DNA of 58,254 nt, taken from Hydrurus foetidus (Eukaryota). Below the pieces are notes generated by a model. It made no database searches. It was given only the letters and a program-made list of their open reading frames with translations, and was not told the DNA's origin. This document shows, piece by piece, positions 11,956-20,262 of this stretch. Both the position numbers and the translations under genes were made by a program. How positions within the stretch are numbered: the stretch's first letter is position 1; each line of letters starts with the position of its first letter. The stretch covers positions 1 through 58,254 of the forward strand of contig UYFQ01000055.1 in assembly GCA_900617105.1 (NCBI GenBank). Direction: 5' to 3'.

Positions 11956-12867
11956 GTCAGACCACTTGATTCTATCAAGATATGTCTGTAGTAATATAGT
12001 TGCAAATATAGTTTCAAATATATACATGTACGTTATGCGACACGTACGTACGTAAGTACACATGCAGATATGATAACATGCACACGTACACACGTACTTA
12101 CACATGTTAGTGCATACTCATTTATGCATACGTACACACATGTACTTACACATGTACGTACATAGTCAATATGTACGTACGTACGTACGTACGCATATAG
12201 CATAGCGTACACTTGTATGGTCACGCACACACGTACATACGTACGTGCACATGTTAGTACAAATTATTATATGCATACGTACACACACGTACTTACACAT
12301 GTATGTACATATATAATATGTACGTATGTACGATCGCCAATAGCGTAGTACATAGATGTATAGGCGTACATACGTAAGTACCACTGTACTTACGCATGTA
12401 CGTTCTTATACATACACATGCATACGTACTCCTATAATATCGCCATATAGCAGTTAGTACTCACGCATGTACGTTCATATACATATACACGCATACGTAC
12501 CCCTGTACTATCGCCATGTATCAGTTAGTACGAACCCTCTGACCTCACGCAAATGAACGTTCGCCTTTCATGATTCTTCAGTATCGCCAAAACACTTCGT
12601 TACTATAAGCATTCATGCAACGTTCCTCAAGCACATGCTATGAACAACACATCTCGCTGTGAACTTTGTCTCAAGGTAGTTTCACTGTCATGAACTGTTC
12701 TGATAGCTCTTTTGCGTGGCTATCTGTAAACTCTAATCAGAATTTAATACGTTGTACTTCACAGCTTCGTCTACTCGATAGCTCACTGAATTGAGACAGT
12801 AGCCTGCAGCTGCTTCTCCACCTTCGCTGCGAACGCTAGAAGGTGACATCTTGTATTTAGTCTTACA
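11956..12867 (+). repeat. Copia-A 5' LTR (terminal T missing)
   Basis: GTCAGACCAC…TAGTCTTACA followed by the PBS. Confidence 0.95.
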
Positions 12868-12879
12868 TGGTAGCGATTG
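12868..12879 (+). promoter_or_regulatory. Primer-binding site TGGTAGCGATTG (probably initiator tRNA-Met)
   Basis: Directly after the LTR CA; TGG complements the tRNA CCA; same 12-mer after the Copia-C and Copia-D LTRs. Confidence 0.85.
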
Positions 12880-12954
12880 TTTATAGTGATTAAACGATTG
12901 CCGTGGATTCCAGGATTCTGAATTTCCTTCCTCAACTTTCAGAACCCTGCAATC

Positions 12955-15900
12955 ATGAGTGATAATGGATCTGAAGACGAGTTCGAGCTGTCCAACACAG
13001 ACTCTCCGCCGGCTCTTGCCGACCTCCTTCAACATCCGTTCAGAACTCTGATCGAAGCAGCTCAACCCATCTTCACTGGTCGAGTTACAAGATCTAGGAC
13101 AGGAGCAATTCCTCCTTTAGAAAATCCAAATAGTGATTTTCTAGACGAGGTGGAATTAGCCCTTCAAAATCAGGAGGTTGTTCCGACACCACCTTTAGCA
13201 CCTCGGGCGCGGAATCTCGGAGCCACAGCGACAACTTTATTTTCGGACAATTTGGAGGCTCAGGATGCAGAGACAAGATTTTCCTTCGCCGATGTGGCAA
13301 GGCTCATCGACATTATGTCTTCTAAGATCCAACAGCCTCCACCGTTGGTCTCCCAACCGAAATCAACAGTTGGATCTGCCTCTATTCCAACTGCTTCAAC
13401 GCCCAAGGCTTCTTCTATCTTATCGGTGCCCATATCGGAATACCTGGATACAACCTCTGCGCAATCGAAATTCTTCTTTTCGATGCCCAAGTTTTCCAAC
13501 TCTGGGAAGGACAACCGCGACAACATGGAAACGTTCATGGTCGCTCTAGGTGAATGTAAACTTCTTACATTAGCCAAAGGCGATCGTGAGTTACCAGTCA
13601 TTACTGCTCGGAACCCTGGAGGGTATTCACCTAGGTCACTGGTATTAGCAGAAGAAGGATTGTATGATGTCATCCCAGCTGATGACATCTACAAAAGATT
13701 ACACGATTTGGATCGCTTATTGGTTATTCTCAATATGGTTACTGGGAAAGATCTACATTATTTGATCAAGCGTGTGATTGCCGACAACGATGCGGTCTTA
13801 TGGTTCAAGACTATCTACGATCACATCAACGGCACAAAGAACAGCGACATCAGGAAGGCAACGGATCAGCTCCACTCCCTGAAGCTCAAGTCCACACAAA
13901 CCATTCAGGAGAATGTGGCAACCATCGAAGAGGCCTTCAGAGTCCTCAAAGTCGCAAGTGGCGTGCCCGTCACTGATGATCAAAAGCTTTATCATCTACA
14001 AGAAAAGCTGGAGCATGATGCAAGATTCAGCGTCTTATCAATCATGGCCTCATCAAAGACGTCAAAGGCATCCTACGACGACACCATCAAATACCTTGTG
14101 CTTCTTGATCCTGCCCCAGCGGTAGCTCACAAGATGGCTTCCCTTACTCCAACCTTGGAGCTGTGCAGACGTCACATCGCTGGCCTATGTACCAACGGTT
14201 CCTCATGCAAGTATTCACATGCAGCAGCGCCGCCAAACAAGGGAGCACCATCTGACAAGAAGCCCAACAAGAACCCACCTCCTCTCAAGAAAGATCAGAA
14301 GACTCCACCGAAGTTTCCTTTCAAGAAACCAATCATCGTGTCAGATTCCCATCGATCACTGGTTGGATATCCCAAAGGAGTTGCAACGGCAAAGAACCCA
14401 GCTGGATATTCGCTGAACCAACTTACAACCATCAGGACTTTGCAATCTGCTGATGTTGACGGCTGGACAACAGGAGATCCTCAGTATTTCAATGGCGATG
14501 GATCGAGCAACCATATCGATCGGTTCAATGTTCTTCGCTTCAAGGAACAATCAACGACATCCATTGCAGAGTTCCCAGAGTTCTACCACCTTGAGCCCTT
14601 TCCAAGACTTCGTGAGATCAGACGTCACCTGTTCACAATGCTCAACTCGGTCGAGAAGTATAACAGATTCGCCGGTTCATCTCCCAGCGACTACGATGGA
14701 TCTCCTACTGATCCTCTCTCCGGAATTGTTGTCAGCTTCCAAGACCTGACAGCAGCTGAACCAAGGATGGTACACATCTTGGTGGCATTCACATGGCTTT
14801 CAGAGAGTCCAACCATCTCGAGATCCGTGAAAATCCGAGAAGATGTTCGTACAGCAGACAAACGGCTTATGCGAATGCTCTACAAAATTGGAAACAGGTT
14901 CTTGAACGCCGACGTGTTGATTCCAGACAGGGAGGGTTCCGAAAATTTCAGTTATATGAACTTCAACCCTCTCTCCGACAAATTCTATCATTCCGACGAC
15001 TATGGGTTCTACCAATCAAACATGAGAAACGTGGAGAAGTACTTTGTTGCTATCAGATACATCATGGAGCATCCTGACATTCCATGGCGACTTCTACGTA
15101 TTCTCTCTTTGGCTATTATCTACGACTTCATGTCATTCTGCGCGCAACTACTTCGTGATGCAGTGCAAATGCAAGCTGACGAATCCCAGACAAGAGCAAA
15201 TGTGTTATTCACATTGAATACATATCGATCCAACGCACAGTTCTTGGATCAGATAGTCTTCCACGATGCTTTCTCTGCAATCATCAACAACATCAAACCA
15301 ATGCCTCCAGCACCACAGTCTTATGCATTGCAGACAAGCCCCATCACGACATCATATTCACGTATGAGTGCCATCAACAGAGAGGACCTGCTTAGTGAGA
15401 CGACTGACCACACTGAAGAAAATGATGATGACAATGATGATGATGATGACGATGAATATAGTGACGATGAATCAGAAGGTGATGACATAGACATGACTCC
15501 ACCGGGGTCATCATCTGATCATCACAGGAGATGCCAAGAAGACCTGACCCGATACAATCACCCATACGTGATGGGTCATAAACGCAGTCTGTGGGCGTCA
15601 ATCCAGACTGATACCAAGCGTCCAGCACGCAGGAAGATCATCAAAACATCAGATGACAATGAGTTCAAGGAGACACCAGGAACATCCAGCTCAATGCATG
15701 CTCCACCAATGCTTCAAGACCCTCCTCTTGTTACTGATGATATTGTTCCAGCACTTAAGACTGCTGGTGTACCTCGTATGATTGTATCAGTCCCATATAC
15801 GATCAAGGAGGAAGAGCAGCAAACATTGCAGCTGGAGCATCCTCCCATGTCACTCGACTCTCAGCAATCTACACAAGATATTTTGCATCCTCCAATGGCA

Positions 15901-16443
15901 GATCTGGCAACCCCTGAGCCATATCGAATGCGCACTCCGCCAGCCAAATCACCATCAAGAGATTCAGTGTCTGCCACACGTCGTGCAAAAGCAAGAGCAC
16001 TGGCTGAGAAGAAGAGTCTCAACTTACTTACAGTTACAGACAAAGACAGCAAATTCATGTCATTCAAGAAGACAAGTCACAAGACAGTCATTGACAGTGG
16101 TGCATCTACATCTGGTACTGGATTGCGCAGCAGTCTCCGTGACCTTAGACCTACATCATGCAGTGTCTCAGCAGCTTTCGGGGAGACTGCCCAGCCTACT
16201 GAGATGGGACTACTCCCACCATTCATGCTCAAGACTATTGTCATCGACCAAATGAATGATACCACACTGCTCTCAGTGTCTCAAGCGTGTGCAAAGGGAT
16301 TTGTGGGCATCTTCACCTCTAAGGACTGCAAGTTCTTTAATGCGATAGATGTCATCCCACACCTTCAGACAATTTCAAAGACAGCTCACCCAGTTATGAG
16401 TGGCAAGGTAGAGGAAGGCCTCTACTTGCTGGACTCCAACTGA
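12955..16443 (+). CDS. gag: Copia-A2 Gag-protease (1162 aa) with CCCH finger and extra domain
   Basis: Open ORF; CRRHIAGLCTNGSSCKYSH; VIDSGAS; GLY motif before the TGA. Confidence 0.92.
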   Translation: MSDNGSEDEFELSNTDSPPALADLLQHPFRTLIEAAQPIFTGRVTRSRTGAIPPLENPNSDFLDEVELALQNQEVVPTPPLAPRARNLGATATTLFSDNLEAQDAETRFSFADVARLIDIMSSKIQQPPPLVSQPKSTVGSASIPTASTPKASSILSVPISEYLDTTSAQSKFFFSMPKFSNSGKDNRDNMETFMVALGECKLLTLAKGDRELPVITARNPGGYSPRSLVLAEEGLYDVIPADDIYKRLHDLDRLLVILNMVTGKDLHYLIKRVIADNDAVLWFKTIYDHINGTKNSDIRKATDQLHSLKLKSTQTIQENVATIEEAFRVLKVASGVPVTDDQKLYHLQEKLEHDARFSVLSIMASSKTSKASYDDTIKYLVLLDPAPAVAHKMASLTPTLELCRRHIAGLCTNGSSCKYSHAAAPPNKGAPSDKKPNKNPPPLKKDQKTPPKFPFKKPIIVSDSHRSLVGYPKGVATAKNPAGYSLNQLTTIRTLQSADVDGWTTGDPQYFNGDGSSNHIDRFNVLRFKEQSTTSIAEFPEFYHLEPFPRLREIRRHLFTMLNSVEKYNRFAGSSPSDYDGSPTDPLSGIVVSFQDLTAAEPRMVHILVAFTWLSESPTISRSVKIREDVRTADKRLMRMLYKIGNRFLNADVLIPDREGSENFSYMNFNPLSDKFYHSDDYGFYQSNMRNVEKYFVAIRYIMEHPDIPWRLLRILSLAIIYDFMSFCAQLLRDAVQMQADESQTRANVLFTLNTYRSNAQFLDQIVFHDAFSAIINNIKPMPPAPQSYALQTSPITTSYSRMSAINREDLLSETTDHTEENDDDNDDDDDDEYSDDESEGDDIDMTPPGSSSDHHRRCQEDLTRYNHPYVMGHKRSLWASIQTDTKRPARRKIIKTSDDNEFKETPGTSSSMHAPPMLQDPPLVTDDIVPALKTAGVPRMIVSVPYTIKEEEQQTLQLEHPPMSLDSQQSTQDILHPPMADLATPEPYRMRTPPAKSPSRDSVSATRRAKARALAEKKSLNLLTVTDKDSKFMSFKKTSHKTVIDSGASTSGTGLRSSLRDLRPTSCSVSAAFGETAQPTEMGLLPPFMLKTIVIDQMNDTTLLSVSQACAKGFVGIFTSKDCKFFNAIDVIPHLQTISKTAHPVMSGKVEEGLYLLDSN

Positions 16444-19400
16444 GTGCAACCGGCTCAACTCTTGGTCACGAGTGTAAAGGAGCTTTCGATTTATGACCAC
16501 GTGCATCGCGTACTAGGACACCCTGGCGAAGAGGGTATGGCCTGGCACCGACAGCACACCATTGGAGCACACTACTCCAACTTGGATGCATCTACACCAA
16601 GACCAATATGCGCAGCATGCGTACAGGGCACGATGCGACAGACCTCTACGGACCATCTTCGTATACACCGTTTGCCATCTCCTTGCTACGGCAGTCAATT
16701 CTCACTTGACGCGTATACACATACACACCGGTCACAGGCCGGTTATAAGTACTGCGATATTATCACGGACTTATCTACAAGACGAAGTTATCCATGCTTC
16801 ACGAAAGACCGGGGAGCTGCAGAACTTGTTAAAAGCTTCTCCACCCTCTTCCAATCACATCCTGAGTGGAAGCCCTCGCTTCCAGGCGTAGACCGATTCA
16901 TCAGAGCCGATGCAGAGAAATCTTATCGGTCAGCTGAATTCCTTCAATGCCTTCACAACTTCGGATATCGACTTGAGCCAACACCACCTCGCGACAAACA
17001 TGCAAATGGAATCGCAGAACGTGCAGTAGGCGTCTTATCGATGAAGTGCAACATCACCATGCAACCTTTAGGGATGTCAGTACCACAGAAGTTCTGGGAT
17101 CTTGCCTTTGAGTATACATGCATCACCCATGCATTCAATTACCATTCAGCAATCAAGACATCACCGTATCATCTCATCACTGGAAAGCATGTAATCCTCA
17201 AGAACCTCAAGGCCTTTTGGAGCTTATGTTGGGTTCACATCGCGCTTGAAGATAGGAAAGGAAAAATCGGTTTTCCTCGTGCATACAAAGCCAGATTCGT
17301 TGGTTACGATTTATCGAGAACGCTCGAGCCTTGTTTTAAGGTCATCGAAATACTACCAACCGGAATCTTCGGCAAAATTAGGACAAGTAAGGACGTCATT
17401 TTCGACAAAGACAATAATTATAATTACACGGACGAGTACCCATCCGATCTTGACTTTTCTAATTTACACCAGAATATCAATAACGATATCTCTGCAGTCC
17501 TACCAGCTAACAAGGTAGTTGAAAAAGATTCTGAACAACAACTAGCAACTCCAGCTATTCCAATACACCCTGTACCTGTAATACCTTGCATTATTCAGAA
17601 TCGAACTCCTGAAAATCCTATTCCAGCGAAAATACATCCAAATGTGATTAACAATAACAAAATTGTTAATAAATCTGGATCGACTAATATCAAATCAACA
17701 AAACAGAATATACCGTTTGATCCAACACCAATTAGAGATACAAATAACAAATCCGACATCGATGATAATGACATTGGTATTAATACACCGATTCAAAACA
17801 TTGAAAATGACGATGCTGTCTACTGGTACTCTACTCATGTTAGAAATCACGAACATTTTCTCTCATTGATTGAAGCAAGTCATCACGAAAAACTCTTCAT
17901 CAATTTCGATCAACTCAATGTGCCAAAATCATTCTGGAAAGCTATGGCTATACCTGAATGGAAAAACGCAATAGATACTGAATTAAAGAAATTCGAGAAG
18001 AACTCATGTTTACATGTAGTACCATACATTGACCAACACCTGGTACCAATGATGTGGCTTTTTAGTATAAAAACCGACGGTACGAAAAAGGCCCGTTTAG
18101 TGGGACGGGGAGATATGATGATACCACTCGTGGACTTCGACCCCGACGCCGTATACTGCGGAAATGTATCATCGTGTTCCATCAAGATGGCACTAAGCAT
18201 TGCAGCAGCATATGGACTAGTAATGAAAGGAGGTGACCTCATTGGTGCTTACCTCATTACAAGAGCAAATGTTAACTTCCCGGTGCACATAAAGACACCG
18301 CAGGGATACACTTGCCCACCCGGTTTCTGCTTTCAGGCTGTCGGCAATCTTTATGGATTCCCACCTGCAGGGCAAAACTTTTCCATAGAGTTTGATATTT
18401 GTATCTTCGAGTGTGGTTACAAGAACACACCCTGGGACCTCAAGTTCTTCTTTAAATGGACCACAGATGGTAGACCCATGCTTATCATCGCTCACAGTGA
18501 TGACTTCAGATGGTTTGGTCCTTCGGACAAACTTGATGAATGGGATCTGATCATCGCCACCTTCAATGCACACAAGTATGAAGTCACTGATGCAACTGAC
18601 AAGGAGTTCGTTGGTATTCGTATTCAGCGTGATGAAGATGGCACATATTATATGGATCAACATCGCATGATTGATTCAATAATAAAAGAGGCTAATATAT
18701 CTGGTGCAAAGGACATGCACTTACCATACCCGACTGGGGACCAAGAACCTGCATTGTCAAAACTAGACAACGCTTCTACCCCTGAGGAACGTATGCAGTG
18801 TATGAAATACCCGTACAGGAGGGTCGTGGGTCAACTAATGTACGGTATGGTACATACCATGGTCGGCATTCTGTATGCACTCAATGTACTATCCCGTTAT
18901 GGTAACAACCCAGGTCCCAGACATATCAAATTCCTCAAACACTTATTGCAGTACTGCAAGTACGCACGAAGTGATCGACTAGTGTTCCATGGACACGATG
19001 GACCCAGAGACATCGAGACTATGACAACGCTACTTCAACTCCGGTTTCAATGCGATGCAGATTTGGGTGGTAATCCCGACAATAGCCACTCCCAGACTGC
19101 ATACCTTGGATACCTCGGCCGTAACCTTATCTGCTGGTGTTCCACCGACCAAGGCAGCATATCAACATCAACGGCAGAGTCGGAAATCAAGGCTGTCAAC
19201 CACACACTCAAAGCAGAGGTCATAGCCAACAGAGGCATCCTAAACATGATGGGATGGGTCCAAGGTCCAACCTCTATTGAAGAAGACAACCAAGCCTGTA
19301 TATACCATTCTAAGGCAGCACACATGACACGCAACCTACGGCACCTCGACCTCACCGAAAACTGGGTCAAAGAGAAGGTAGCTGATGGTACTTGCGTACT

Positions 19401-19518
19401 TGTTAAAGTTAAATCGTGCGATAATAATTCAGATATTGGTACAAAAAGAGTTTCTCTACCAATATTTAATAAACTTCTAAATCAAATTATAGACCAGTCT
19501 CAGAGACGAAATCTTTAA
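16444..19518 (+). CDS. pol: Copia-A2 integrase-RT-RNase H, in frame with gag-PR across one TGA
   Basis: Same motifs as copy 1; begins GTG immediately after the TGA, with no ATG before the HHCC motif. Confidence 0.95.
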   Translation: MQPAQLLVTSVKELSIYDHVHRVLGHPGEEGMAWHRQHTIGAHYSNLDASTPRPICAACVQGTMRQTSTDHLRIHRLPSPCYGSQFSLDAYTHTHRSQAGYKYCDIITDLSTRRSYPCFTKDRGAAELVKSFSTLFQSHPEWKPSLPGVDRFIRADAEKSYRSAEFLQCLHNFGYRLEPTPPRDKHANGIAERAVGVLSMKCNITMQPLGMSVPQKFWDLAFEYTCITHAFNYHSAIKTSPYHLITGKHVILKNLKAFWSLCWVHIALEDRKGKIGFPRAYKARFVGYDLSRTLEPCFKVIEILPTGIFGKIRTSKDVIFDKDNNYNYTDEYPSDLDFSNLHQNINNDISAVLPANKVVEKDSEQQLATPAIPIHPVPVIPCIIQNRTPENPIPAKIHPNVINNNKIVNKSGSTNIKSTKQNIPFDPTPIRDTNNKSDIDDNDIGINTPIQNIENDDAVYWYSTHVRNHEHFLSLIEASHHEKLFINFDQLNVPKSFWKAMAIPEWKNAIDTELKKFEKNSCLHVVPYIDQHLVPMMWLFSIKTDGTKKARLVGRGDMMIPLVDFDPDAVYCGNVSSCSIKMALSIAAAYGLVMKGGDLIGAYLITRANVNFPVHIKTPQGYTCPPGFCFQAVGNLYGFPPAGQNFSIEFDICIFECGYKNTPWDLKFFFKWTTDGRPMLIIAHSDDFRWFGPSDKLDEWDLIIATFNAHKYEVTDATDKEFVGIRIQRDEDGTYYMDQHRMIDSIIKEANISGAKDMHLPYPTGDQEPALSKLDNASTPEERMQCMKYPYRRVVGQLMYGMVHTMVGILYALNVLSRYGNNPGPRHIKFLKHLLQYCKYARSDRLVFHGHDGPRDIETMTTLLQLRFQCDADLGGNPDNSHSQTAYLGYLGRNLICWCSTDQGSISTSTAESEIKAVNHTLKAEVIANRGILNMMGWVQGPTSIEEDNQACIYHSKAAHMTRNLRHLDLTENWVKEKVADGTCVLVKVKSCDNNSDIGTKRVSLPIFNKLLNQIIDQSQRRNL

Positions 19519-19628
19519 ACAGCACTATACTAATTCTGTTTTAATATTGTATTTGTCTTGATCACACATATACTATGTTAATTCTAATATTATAAAGGTA
19601 GCTCAAAGTAAACATGCATTATTTTACA

Positions 19629-19649
19629 CTACATCTTCACTACGGGGAG
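19629..19649 (+). promoter_or_regulatory. Conserved pre-PPT/PPT CTACATCTTCACTACGGGGAG
   Basis: Immediately 5' of the LTR TG; identical in Copia-C (44749-44769, minus strand). Confidence 0.85.
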
Positions 19650-20262
19650 TGTCAGACCACTTGATTCTATCAAGATATGTCTGTAGTAATATAGTTGCAA
19701 ATATAGTTTCAAATATATACATGTACGTTATGCGACACGTACGTACGTAAGTACACACAGATACATAACATGCACATACATACGTACATACAGTAGTACA
19801 TAGTCACAGGTGTAGTACAACACAATGTTAGTACACGCATACGTACACACATACTACGTCTACACAGTATTACATATATAATATGTACGTATGTACAATA
19901 GCGTAGTACATAGATGTATAGCGTACTACGTAATACTGCCGATGTACGTTCTTATCATACACATGCATACGTACTCTATAATATCGCCATATAGCAGTTA
20001 GTACTCACGCATGTACGTTCATATACATATACACGCATACGTACCCTGTACTATCGCCATGTATCAGTTAGTACGAACCCTCTGACCTCACGCAAATGAA
20101 CGTTCGCCTTTCATGATTCTTCAGTATCGCCAAAACACTTCGTTACTATAAGCATTCATGCAACGTTTCAAGGCTGCTATGAACAACACATCTCGCTGAA
20201 CTTTGTCCGGTGCGTCACTGTCATGAACTGTTCGCTCATGGGCGTGGCTATCTCACTCTAAT
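19650..20262 (+). repeat. Copia-A LTR-like segment, degraded after ~19755
   Basis: Exact LTR start, then many scattered small deletions relative to the other LTR copies. Confidence 0.75.

Noticed and set aside
11956..12105. N-terminus of the 620-aa ORF (MCKYVCTCAC…)
   Set aside because: Antisense LTR sequence joined in frame by chance at the inversion junction
16441..16443. UGA as a reassigned sense codon or selenocysteine
   Set aside because: No other TGA occurs in >2000 codons of Copia-A, other ORFs end in TGA (e.g. 26432), the site is a linker, and I saw no SECIS-like motif in the short 3' UTR
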